From contig JANWLD010000001.1 in NCBI GenBank assembly GCA_025451045.1, positions 69,812-133,811 on the forward strand: DNA of 64,000 nucleotides, in the 5' to 3' direction. Origin of the DNA: Candidatus Saccharimonadales bacterium. GTDB lineage: Bacteria; Patescibacteriota; Saccharimonadia; Saccharimonadales; 2-12-FULL-41-12. This document shows, piece by piece, positions 35,191 through 43,535 of this stretch (position 1 is its first letter; the number at the start of each line of letters is the position of its first letter). The notes under the pieces were generated by a model. That model was not told the origin of the DNA and made no database searches. It saw only the letters and a list, made by a program, of their open reading frames with translations. The position numbers were made by a program, and so were the translations under genes.

Positions 35191-35622
35191 TTATGTAGTG
35201 CCAGTGGCTTTGGCAAGGACGAATTTAACGATGAATTGCGCTAACGCGACGATTACCAAACCGATGATAGCATAGAGAATGGTGTTTTTGGCAGTAGTTA
35301 TGTTGGATGATTCGCCGCCAGAGGTAATGTAGCGAAACCCGCCGTAGATTATCATGATGACTGAAACCACGCCGACTACTACTGAAAACAGGTTGATGAC
35401 TGTAGCTACCGTGTTATTGGCTTGTTCGCCTGAATTTTTAGTTACGGTGTTACAAGTTTGGGCATTAACTGGAGTGTCTAAGTCCAGGCTTGCCCCTTTA
35501 CAGGTTGCGTTTTGAATATCCGCATCCTTGTTTTGGGCCATAACAACCGCCGATGTCCCGGCAAATGTTAACAGCAAAGCTGCGCTGGTAGCGGCGATTA
35601 GTCTTTTTATTTTACCTATCAT
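35191..35622 (-). CDS. VirB2/TrbC-like T4SS pilin paralog (position 7)
   Basis: 143 aa. Signal peptide ending VMA, the Cys pair CKGASLDLDTPVNAQTC, and a conserved hairpin. Its C-terminus AQFIVKFVLAKATGTT is near-identical to the next paralog. Confidence 0.7.
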   Translation of the reverse strand: MIGKIKRLIAATSAALLLTFAGTSAVVMAQNKDADIQNATCKGASLDLDTPVNAQTCNTVTKNSGEQANNTVATVINLFSVVVGVVSVIMIIYGGFRYITSGGESSNITTAKNTILYAIIGLVIVALAQFIVKFVLAKATGTT

Positions 35623-35662
35623 TTTTATTCCTTTCGCTTGATAGCTCGTTCTCTATCCTTAT

Positions 35663-36115
35663 TTATCCTGTACCGGTGGCTTTGGCAAGGACGAATTTAA
35701 CGATGAATTGCGCTAACGCTACAATTACTAATCCTACAATAGCATATAATATGGTGTTTTTGGCAGTCGAGACGTTGCCGGAATCACCGCCGGAGGTGAT
35801 GTAGCGGAAACCGCCGACGATAATCATCAATACCGCTACTACGCCGACGATTACCGAAAACAGATTAACAACGGTTGCGACCAGCTGATTTATTTTTTCT
35901 TCCGGTTTGTTGCCGGAAAAGGCGCAGGCATCTTCATTTACCGGCCCCGGCGGGAAAGTCAATTCGGCACCCTGACAGGTCGAAGCCTGGATATTGGCAG
36001 TCTTGTCAGCTTCCGCCGAAGCCGGCCGGCCGGAAATTGCAAAGATGGCTAGTATTATAATACTAGCCATAAGCGTTACAATAACCTTCAGTTTTAGTCC
36101 TTGTGTTACTCCCAT
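35663..36115 (-). CDS. VirB2/TrbC-like T4SS pilin paralog (position 6)
   Basis: 150 aa. Signal peptide ending ASA, the Cys pair CQGAELTFPPGPVNEDAC, a conserved hairpin and the C-terminus AQFIVKFVLAKATGTG. Confidence 0.7.
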   Translation of the reverse strand: MGVTQGLKLKVIVTLMASIIILAIFAISGRPASAEADKTANIQASTCQGAELTFPPGPVNEDACAFSGNKPEEKINQLVATVVNLFSVIVGVVAVLMIIVGGFRYITSGGDSGNVSTAKNTILYAIVGLVIVALAQFIVKFVLAKATGTG

Positions 36116-36129
36116 GTAACTACCCCGTG

Positions 36130-36549
36130 TTAGCCTATCCTCTCTAGGATTAATTTTACGATAGCTTGGGCGAAACCGACTATAATCAACCCGACCAGTG
36201 CGTATATCAAAGTATTCTTGGCCGATGTTATGCTGTTGCTGTCGCCATTGGCAGTTACAAAACGAATGCCGCTGATCATCAACATAACGACGGTCAGTAT
36301 GCCGACTATCATAGTAAGTAAGTTAAGTAGGGTGGTAAGTGTTTTGGTAAGGCTATTTTCACCTTCTTTTAGCTTGCTTTGGTCACAATGTCCGCTTCCA
36401 TTATCAGCCTCCACGGCCACGCAGGCTTCTCCTTTGGCGCCGCTGAACAAACTGGCGCTGGCTGTCGCCGTAAACATCGGAACCATCAGGCCAAGTGATA
36501 TTGCCAAGGTAAGGGCGGTCTTTTTAATCCAAGAGTTGAGAGCTTGCAT
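36130..36549 (-). CDS. VirB2/TrbC-like T4SS pilin paralog (position 5)
   Basis: 139 aa. Signal peptide ending ASA, the Cys pair CVAVEADNGSGHC, and the hairpin LTMIVGILTVVMLMISGIRFVTANGDSNSITSAKNTLIYALVGLIIVGFAQAIVKLI. Confidence 0.7.
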   Translation of the reverse strand: MQALNSWIKKTALTLAISLGLMVPMFTATASASLFSGAKGEACVAVEADNGSGHCDQSKLKEGENSLTKTLTTLLNLLTMIVGILTVVMLMISGIRFVTANGDSNSITSAKNTLIYALVGLIIVGFAQAIVKLILERIG

Positions 36550-36576
36550 GATGATTATCCTTGGTTCATATTATCA

Positions 36577-36972
36577 CTAATTTACCGTGATTCTCGATAA
36601 TATCAGCCTTACCATTGCCTGCGTCAGTGCCGCTACGACTAAGGCAATGAGGGCATATTGGATATATTCGCGGGCTTTGGTAACTTCTTCCGGGTTATTC
36701 CCCGAGCTGACAAACTTCGCCCCGGCCAAAATGATACTGATTACCGCCGCGATGCCGACCATGATACTGATTATATTGACTATCTTGGTAATAAACCCGT
36801 CCGGCCCGTAAATCGGGTTTTGGCCGCCCAGGTTTTTATCCTCGCAGGCGGAAGACTGCTGGTTGTTCCTTTGGCATATATCGCCGAAAACGTCGACATC
36901 AGCGGCAATAGCTGAAGCCGGCAAAGATATAATGCCGAGGCAAAACAGGCTTACTAATATTTTTCTTATCAT
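36577..36972 (-). CDS. VirB2/TrbC-like T4SS pilin paralog (position 4)
   Basis: 131 aa. Signal peptide ending AIA, the Cys pair CQRNNQQSSAC, and the hairpin ISIMVGIAAVISIILAGAKFVSSGNNPEEVTKAREYIQYALIALVVAALTQAMVRLI. Overlaps the upstream gene by 4 nt. Confidence 0.65.
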   Translation of the reverse strand: MIRKILVSLFCLGIISLPASAIAADVDVFGDICQRNNQQSSACEDKNLGGQNPIYGPDGFITKIVNIISIMVGIAAVISIILAGAKFVSSGNNPEEVTKAREYIQYALIALVVAALTQAMVRLILSRITVN

Positions 36973-37478
36973 AATTTTCCTATTACTGTAGTTACGATTG
37001 CTTCGGCCAACAGTGCAATGGCCAGTCCGAGAAGGGCAAAAACAATGGCTTTTTTGGAACGGGATATTTTTTCGGCGTCGGTAGCGGCTGTCGCGAAATT
37101 AAAAGCCGCGATGCCCAGAGAAATCATCGCCACGCCAGCGGCGACTCCGAAAACAATTTGCAAGCCTTTTTTGACAGTACTGGTGTCCGCGACAACTTTG
37201 GGCAGGGTAGTAAGACATTGTTTATCCGGGTTAAATACTTTGCCGCTGCCGCAATTACCGCTTTCGGTAACCTTGGTACAAGTTAGGGTATCATGGCCGC
37301 TTTTCAACAAGGCGGCCGAACAGTCGTCAAAAGCGGCGGCTCCAGCCCCGGAGTGCTGTGGGGTTTTCTGCTTGTTATTCGCGGCTGATACATGCGCCGG
37401 CTGGGCTAAGCTTAAGATTGTCATGGCCGGCAAGAGCAGCAGAATAATTTTTGTTATAGGTATAGTTTTAAAAATCAT
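36969..37478 (-). CDS. Divergent VirB2/TrbC-like pilin paralog (position 3)
   Basis: 169 aa. Signal peptide ending VSA, a larger Cys-containing region with 4 Cys, and a C-terminal two-helix hairpin FGVAAGVAMISLGIAAFNFATAATDAEKISRSKKAIVFALLGLAIALLAEAIV. It has 4-nt overlaps with both neighbouring genes. Confidence 0.6.
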   Translation of the reverse strand: MIFKTIPITKIILLLLPAMTILSLAQPAHVSAANNKQKTPQHSGAGAAAFDDCSAALLKSGHDTLTCTKVTESGNCGSGKVFNPDKQCLTTLPKVVADTSTVKKGLQIVFGVAAGVAMISLGIAAFNFATAATDAEKISRSKKAIVFALLGLAIALLAEAIVTTVIGKL

Positions 37479-37834
37479 TGCAGGCTCTTTCCTACGAAAC
37501 TTACGGCCGCCGTTGCCACAATAGCTATTATCAAACCGGTCAGTGCATCTATCAAGGTACTTTTGGCATTATTAACCTTATCAGCATTACCACGCGAGGC
37601 GCTATATTTGATACCGGCGTAAACTACGAAACCAATGGCCGCGTAGACGGCCACGCGAGTCAGTATTTCTATCAATGCCAACCCGATAAGCCATATATCG
37701 CTGATGCTATGTAGCTGCGGGGCGCACTGGTTGGCTACCTGTACATCCAAGTATTCATACCATGGGGGCATACCCAAAAAACCTTTAAGACATGGATTTA
37801 CTGCCGCAAAAAGATCTAAAAAGACTAATACCAT
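37475..37834 (-). CDS. Divergent pilin-like membrane protein without a classical signal peptide (position 2)
   Basis: 119 aa with three hydrophobic segments. The C-terminal part (AAIGFVVYAGIKYSASRGNADKVNNAKSTLIDALTGLIIAIVATAAV) keeps the pilin hairpin pattern. Confidence 0.55.
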   Translation of the reverse strand: MVLVFLDLFAAVNPCLKGFLGMPPWYEYLDVQVANQCAPQLHSISDIWLIGLALIEILTRVAVYAAIGFVVYAGIKYSASRGNADKVNNAKSTLIDALTGLIIAIVATAAVSFVGKSLQ

Positions 37835-37847
37835 AATTTATATCCGC

Positions 37848-38495
37848 TCATGTGTTAAACAACCCTCCCGGGATTAAGAATTGGAGCAATGACCAGGAAA
37901 AGATATAAATAGCCAAGCCGATAAGCGCTTGCTGGGCGCGCAGTTTTGCTTTTTGCGACGATTCCGGGTTGCCTTCGGCCGTAGTGTATTGGATACCGGC
38001 AATAATTAATGAAAGGGTAACAGCGATACCAACCCCGACTGAAAAGAATCTGATTAACGCGAATACTAAGTCCTGTATCGGGCCCATCCCGGCAGGTGCT
38101 TTGGAACCTAAACAGCCGAAGTTTATCTTGGTCCTGACGTTATCATTGTCATCAGGCAAGTTTCCGCATTGGTAGCCATCTTTTGTTTTCGCCGCGGATT
38201 TTTTCTTGCCGCTAATCTGTTTAGCACTCCCTATTTGTGGCAATGACTGAGCCAAGGCATTGCCTATAGCATTCGCGCGGCATCTTTTAATTTTGTCGCT
38301 GGAGCCGTTCCCGCAATTGTCATAGTCTTTTTTACAAGCGGCGGGGTTTTTCGCATTATTACACTGGTCCCTGGATGGGCTTAGAAGACCGGGAGAAATA
38401 GGAAAAGTTTCAGCCTTAACAGTTTGCGGAACAACTAAAAAAACAAATAATAGCAAGGGGGTAGCTAAGAATATTTTTGCTTTTAAAGTTAACAT
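37848..38495 (-). CDS. Enlarged Cys-rich pilin-like protein (position 1, promoter-proximal)
   Basis: 215 aa. Signal peptide ending VKA, a ~110-aa Cys/Lys-rich domain with 7 Cys, then the hairpin FSVGVGIAVTLSLIIAGIQYTTAEGNPESSQKAKLRAQQALIGLAIYIFSWSLLQFL. Confidence 0.6.
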   Translation of the reverse strand: MLTLKAKIFLATPLLLFVFLVVPQTVKAETFPISPGLLSPSRDQCNNAKNPAACKKDYDNCGNGSSDKIKRCRANAIGNALAQSLPQIGSAKQISGKKKSAAKTKDGYQCGNLPDDNDNVRTKINFGCLGSKAPAGMGPIQDLVFALIRFFSVGVGIAVTLSLIIAGIQYTTAEGNPESSQKAKLRAQQALIGLAIYIFSWSLLQFLIPGGLFNT

Positions 38496-38665
38496 AGGCT
38501 ATTTGTTTTATGCTTAACAAGTTTAAGTATGCCCTTATTTAAGACGTTTAGCAAGTAACCGTTAGCCTCCATGCTTTAAGGGTTGTCGACTTTTATACAT
38601 AAGTGTTTTATTATTAATTAAAGAAGAGTAATGCTCTTTCGAGTTTTTATATCCAAACAAAAGAA

Positions 38666-39586
38666 ATGCTCAAAAAAATAACAAAAAAACCGTTCTTGTT
38701 TCTTTCAATACTGGTAATCTTTGCCTCATTTATATTGGCTGCCTTTCCACAGCAGAAGATCCAGGCCGCAACAACTAACAATATTTTAAAGCAGGTCGGG
38801 CTTTATTGTCATGACCTAGAAGATACTGTTGATGTAGTCGGTCCCAAAAATGCTGAGATAACTTGTTCTTCTGCAGAAAATGACCTACAAGGTGCTCTTG
38901 ACTGTCCCGACTTGTTTTATACCCATGCGTTCCCGGATGACCCCCATGACAGTAGCATAACTAAGACTCTGTGGTTCACTAAGGAAGGCGCGTATAAAAC
39001 TTGCTACAACAATGCCTTGGCCCAATACAATGCCTTGGCCGGAACAAAATGTAAACAGATGAGACGCGATCGGGACAACTGGAATGAGTGTGAAGACATT
39101 CAGAGCAACCTGTACTTTTCCCTGGGCTGTAACGATCATATGTTCAAAGACTTGAACAATGGCTATTGGGGATACGACGATACGAAACTCAATGACTGTA
39201 AAAGAAGACTTGACGACGTCGGCAATATCCACATTATGATAATTGTTAACAACCAAGTTGTTAAAAGCCCTAACGCCATCAAAAATGGTGCCGTTCAGTC
39301 CGAAGAAGATGCCAATGCTGCTGGTGACAGTGAAGGGACAAGCAGCTGTGGTGGCGGAATTAATCTGGGGTGGATTATCTGTGGTATAACTGAAGTGGTT
39401 CAGAACTTCGGCGAATGGGTTTTTCAAGATTATATACAGCCGATGATGGAAAATAATCCGGTCAGCGCAAAACCCGGCGATCCTTTCTATCAAGCTTGGC
39501 AGGGCTTTAGATTTTTGGCTAATATTCTGCTTATCGGTTCACTATTGGCTATTGTTTACTCTCAGACCAGGGGAGGGGGCAGTTAG
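38666..39586 (+). CDS. Cys-rich exported protein with N-terminal signal/anchor and C-terminal TM (T4SS-locus component, function unknown)
   Basis: 306 aa, first gene of the plus-strand operon. N-terminal hydrophobic segment with AAFPQQKIQA|A, 10 Cys in the central domain, and a C-terminal helix FRFLANILLIGSLLAIVY. Its stop is directly adjacent to the next ATG. Confidence 0.6.
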   Translation: MLKKITKKPFLFLSILVIFASFILAAFPQQKIQAATTNNILKQVGLYCHDLEDTVDVVGPKNAEITCSSAENDLQGALDCPDLFYTHAFPDDPHDSSITKTLWFTKEGAYKTCYNNALAQYNALAGTKCKQMRRDRDNWNECEDIQSNLYFSLGCNDHMFKDLNNGYWGYDDTKLNDCKRRLDDVGNIHIMIIVNNQVVKSPNAIKNGAVQSEEDANAAGDSEGTSSCGGGINLGWIICGITEVVQNFGEWVFQDYIQPMMENNPVSAKPGDPFYQAWQGFRFLANILLIGSLLAIVYSQTRGGGS

Positions 39587-41614
39587 ATGAACCTTGATGC
39601 CTATATGATTCGCAAAATCGCCCCGCGGCTGTTTTTTGCCGTAATCGGCATTAATCTGTCGATTTATCTTTGCGTCGGAGCCATAGACATAACTACAGTG
39701 GCTGGACACGGTATTGGACAACTTATCCGCGGGCCGTTTGATGCCGCTGGCGTGTTGAACGCTCAACCTGATGCCGGCGGTAGTAATATCGGCGGAGGGG
39801 CTTTGTTAGTCTTGGGTGCATTGTTCGGGGTACCGGCATTCGCTGGAGGCCAAGCTTTGTCAACTATGTTCTTCCTGCTTTTGCCAGTCTTTGTATTGAT
39901 TCTAACTACTTTACTTACCGTTGCTCTTAGGCAAGCTTTGTTAGTTCTTTTGACCATGGTAGCGCCGGCTGCCATTGTGCTATCCGTTCTGCCGGGAACT
40001 GAGAAATATTTCAAACAGTGGTGGGACTTGTTCCTAAAAACGCTGATGGTCTACCCGATGATTGCCGCAATTTTTGCTGTGTCAGATGTCCTGACAGCAA
40101 TTAATTATAACAACTCGCATGCTGGTAATGACCCGAATGCTGCAGTGCAAGTTATAAACGGGTTGATATTTGCTTTTTTGCCCTTAGCTCTTATTCCGTT
40201 CGTTTTCCGGTTCGCCGGCGGGGCACTGGGCGCATTTTCCAATGCATCACGCCAAGCTCAAAGTATGGCTAACCGCCTGAGCGGACAACGCTTGCAAGGT
40301 AATTACAGTCAGGGGCTTGAGCATGTAAGAGCTAGTGGGCTTATTGGGAATTACGACAGAGATCCGGAAACCGGGGCTGGAAGGGGTTTGCGACACCGTA
40401 TAAACCGGGGTGCCGCTAAGATAGCCAACTTAAACCAAATGAGGCTTACCCGCCCAAGACAAAGCCTAAACGATGCCGTGGACAGGGCTACCGCCCAAGC
40501 CGCTACTGAGCAAGTGGGCAAAAGCCCTGAAGCGATGGCGTTGGACGGTTTTGACGATGAACACAAGGCTAATGCGCTTTCTAATGGTACGGCAGCTGAT
40601 ATTGACCGTAAGCTCATTCAAGTAGCAGGTCAGCGATTTAATGACCAGGCGCCGGATTTGAGTAGCGCGGAAAGAGCGGAGCGGCGTAAGAACCGGATTG
40701 GAGCCCGCAACCGAATAATGGACCTGAACAAAGTCCGCGGGGCTGACGCCGGACGAGCATTCTCGGCAATGACCTTGCCAAGTATATCCACTGCTTTTGA
40801 TGAACAGGTTTACAAATATAAGACCAATAGTTCAGGCGGGTTAATACCCGATGGAAGGGGTGGTTATGCCCTTTCCGATGAAATCTGGCAAGACGGGGAT
40901 GGAGACCATCTTAAAAGCGATACCGTGGCTAAATCATCTCATGATCAGATGCAAGAAATGATCCACAAGGTCTCCGGCGGCAGGAGGGGACTTGGCAACG
41001 CTATACTTGTCAAAGGCATACAAGGGGCCAAGCAAGCCGGGCGTTTTGATTTGGCCGCCAGTGCTTCGGCCAACTTGCTGTACCAGGAAGCATTGCGCAG
41101 TGGCGATAAAAATGCTATCGAAGACTCTAAGAAGCGTTACGAAGAAATGATACGAGAGCGTATCACACCGGGCCAAGCCGCACAGGGACACCCCCGAGCC
41201 GCCAGAGAAGTTGCCAGAGCCTGGAAAAACGAAATCAACGCGCTTATGGGAGCCGGAGCTACGGCAGATAAATCGCAATGGGACCCGAAGAAGGATAGTG
41301 TTCAGCAAATGGAAAACAATAAGAAACTTATCAGGCTTCTGGCTGACACTGCCGGATTTCAGGAAGTATTGGGCAGTGCCGGATCAGAGGCTGTAGATGC
41401 ATTCCAGGATAATATGCTCGGCTATAAACCTGAGGGAGCTAATGTGACTATCGGGCAAATGATGGAACATGCCCGTAAGACCGCCGATTTCGCCGAACGG
41501 CGGCGCGAATGGGGCACTGAAGCCGAAGGACACGAGGCTTCGGAACGAGCCGCACAGATCGCAAAGATGCAAGAAGAAGCTCAAAAAGCTCAACAATCAG
41601 GACAAGGTCAATAA
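39587..41614 (+). CDS. VirB6/TrbL-like polytopic T4SS membrane protein with long hydrophilic C-terminal domain
   Basis: 675 aa. The N-terminal ~230 aa hold 5-6 TM helices (for example MFFLLLPVFVLILTTLLTVALRQALLVLLTMVAPAAIVLSVLPG), an arrangement typical of VirB6/TrbL/PrgH-class proteins. The remaining ~440 aa are hydrophilic and charged. Assignment rests on topology and context. Confidence 0.6.
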   Translation: MNLDAYMIRKIAPRLFFAVIGINLSIYLCVGAIDITTVAGHGIGQLIRGPFDAAGVLNAQPDAGGSNIGGGALLVLGALFGVPAFAGGQALSTMFFLLLPVFVLILTTLLTVALRQALLVLLTMVAPAAIVLSVLPGTEKYFKQWWDLFLKTLMVYPMIAAIFAVSDVLTAINYNNSHAGNDPNAAVQVINGLIFAFLPLALIPFVFRFAGGALGAFSNASRQAQSMANRLSGQRLQGNYSQGLEHVRASGLIGNYDRDPETGAGRGLRHRINRGAAKIANLNQMRLTRPRQSLNDAVDRATAQAATEQVGKSPEAMALDGFDDEHKANALSNGTAADIDRKLIQVAGQRFNDQAPDLSSAERAERRKNRIGARNRIMDLNKVRGADAGRAFSAMTLPSISTAFDEQVYKYKTNSSGGLIPDGRGGYALSDEIWQDGDGDHLKSDTVAKSSHDQMQEMIHKVSGGRRGLGNAILVKGIQGAKQAGRFDLAASASANLLYQEALRSGDKNAIEDSKKRYEEMIRERITPGQAAQGHPRAAREVARAWKNEINALMGAGATADKSQWDPKKDSVQQMENNKKLIRLLADTAGFQEVLGSAGSEAVDAFQDNMLGYKPEGANVTIGQMMEHARKTADFAERRREWGTEAEGHEASERAAQIAKMQEEAQKAQQSGQGQ

Positions 41615-41628
41615 ATTAAAGTAATGAT

Positions 41629-42624
41629 ATGGCAAGTTATAAAGTAATCCAAGACATTGAAGCGGAAGACAAATTTGTCGGGCCGCTGTCACTAAAACAG
41701 TTTGTTTTTGCGATGGTCGGCGCGCTTTTTGCTTATTTGTCATTTTTTGTCATCACTAAAGGGTTAATGTTGGGACTGGCAGTGACTTTACCCCCGATGT
41801 TTTTCGGCTTTTTTATGGCATTCCCTTGGAGCAGTGAACAGCCAACCGATATCTGGGTACTGGCCAAGATAAGATTTCGGATAAAGCCAAAGAGGCGCAT
41901 CTGGGACCAAGCCGGACGGCAGGAACTGGTAACTATAACTGCGCCAAAAAAAGAAGAAAAGCCTCGTGGTAACGGATTATCTGGCACGGAGGTAAAAAGC
42001 CGGCTCAAGGCTTTAGCTGAAACACTTGATAGCCGTGGGTGGGTTATTAAAAACGCCACTTTGCCCAACTACAACAGCAAGCCGGCTGACAGCAGTCGTT
42101 TGGTTGAGTTATCCCAATCAATTTCGGACTCCGCTAGTTTTACGGCCGCCATCCCAGATATGATGGAAGAAGGCCGCAACCTGGACGAAATGATCCAAAA
42201 AAGTGATGATGCCCGTACATTTGAAATCATTGATAAAATGGACAGGGCAAGAGCCGGCGAGCCGCTGGAATCTATTAGCCAACCTGAGCCGGTTGTAGCC
42301 CCTCCTGTTGAAAACATTACGAGCGAGAACACGCTTAGCGAAATGTTGCGAAATCAAAAGCGTGCTGGAGATATAGGCCGAAGCAACCTGCGCACTATTC
42401 CTGCCGCTCCATCCCCCGCTGTTCCGACTGATACCAGTCTTGATGATAGACAAAACGAACCAACAACAGAGGTAAAAAAAGCACAAGCGTCTGTGACAGA
42501 ACAGACTAGCCCTGATATACTTGAACTAGCCCATAATAATGCTTTGAAAGTGGCTACCATTGCGAGGCGAGCGAACAGCGACACCGATGATGAAAGCAAA
42601 GAAGTCGTAATTTCGCTTCATTAA
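41629..42624 (+). CDS. PrgI/VirB3-like small-TM T4SS protein with extended C-terminal region
   Basis: 331 aa. The N-terminus YKVIQDIEAEDKFVGPLSLKQFVFAMVGALFAYLSFFV plus a second TM helix matches the PrgI/TcpE (VirB3 analogue) pattern that precedes VirB4 in Gram-positive systems. The C-terminal ~200 aa look disordered. Confidence 0.6.
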   Translation: MASYKVIQDIEAEDKFVGPLSLKQFVFAMVGALFAYLSFFVITKGLMLGLAVTLPPMFFGFFMAFPWSSEQPTDIWVLAKIRFRIKPKRRIWDQAGRQELVTITAPKKEEKPRGNGLSGTEVKSRLKALAETLDSRGWVIKNATLPNYNSKPADSSRLVELSQSISDSASFTAAIPDMMEEGRNLDEMIQKSDDARTFEIIDKMDRARAGEPLESISQPEPVVAPPVENITSENTLSEMLRNQKRAGDIGRSNLRTIPAAPSPAVPTDTSLDDRQNEPTTEVKKAQASVTEQTSPDILELAHNNALKVATIARRANSDTDDESKEVVISLH

Positions 42625-42662
42625 AGCCCATCAAACATCAAAAGAAAAAGGGTGGCAAAGAC

Positions 42663-43535
42663 ATGAATCCTTCTCAGCCAGATAACGTACAGCCGAACAT
42701 AAACCTGCTGAAGCCTAAAAGGGTGGCTCCGGTCACACAGCCTCAGCAAGCTCCTGTTCAAGATGCTCCAAAGAAAAAACCGGACGCACAACCAAAGCCG
42801 CATGTAAACGCCAACAGTACCCAGAACACCCTGCATATTGCCGAAATTCGCGACGGCATAGTGATTATGAATGATGGTTCGTTCCGTTCGGTTGTGATGT
42901 TCAAGTCCATCAACTTTGACCTGATGAGTCCGGCCGAACAGGAGTCAGTGGAGTCTGCATACCAAAGTTTTCTAAATTCTCTTTATTTTCCTATCCAGAT
43001 ATTTATCCGCTCCGAAATGGTCGACATGCAACCCTATATTGAAAAATTGCAAAAAATCCAGACTGAACAGGACAATATGTTGCTGGCCATATTGATGGAT
43101 GATTATTTGGACTATATCAGCCAGTTGGCAGAACAGACCAATATCATGGATAAGCATTTTTACGTAGTAATCCCGTTTTTGCCCGCTGAAGCCAAGCAAA
43201 AACCGCTGACCTCCAGCAAAAATATTCTTGACGGGCTAGTCGGTCTTTTTAGCAAGAACCAGACGCATGTGGTCATCAATGAGGCTAAACTGGAAGATGC
43301 CAAGACAGAACTGCGTACACGGGTGCACTCAGTGCTTGACGGCTTGAGCCAATGCGGCGTGAAAGGAATCCCGCTGGATACCCAAGAGCTTATCGAACTT
43401 TATTATGACGCTTACAACCCAGACACGGCGACCCGTCAGGAACTGGTTGATTTCAATGGCCTTACTACACCGGTGGTAACCAAGGGCGAAGGACAGGCCC
43501 CCCAGCCGGCTTTGGACAAGGAGCTTGAAACCTGA
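42663..43535 (+). CDS. Soluble T4SS-locus protein resembling a VirB4 N-terminal domain
   Basis: 290 aa. Pro/Gln-rich N-terminus, then IAEIRDGIVIMNDGSFRSVVMFKSINFDLMSPAEQESVESAYQSFLNSLYFPIQIFIRS. This recalls the N-terminal domain pattern of Gram-positive VirB4/ConE-type ATPases. There is no P-loop. Its stop overlaps the virB4 start (TGATG). Confidence 0.5.
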   Translation: MNPSQPDNVQPNINLLKPKRVAPVTQPQQAPVQDAPKKKPDAQPKPHVNANSTQNTLHIAEIRDGIVIMNDGSFRSVVMFKSINFDLMSPAEQESVESAYQSFLNSLYFPIQIFIRSEMVDMQPYIEKLQKIQTEQDNMLLAILMDDYLDYISQLAEQTNIMDKHFYVVIPFLPAEAKQKPLTSSKNILDGLVGLFSKNQTHVVINEAKLEDAKTELRTRVHSVLDGLSQCGVKGIPLDTQELIELYYDAYNPDTATRQELVDFNGLTTPVVTKGEGQAPQPALDKELET

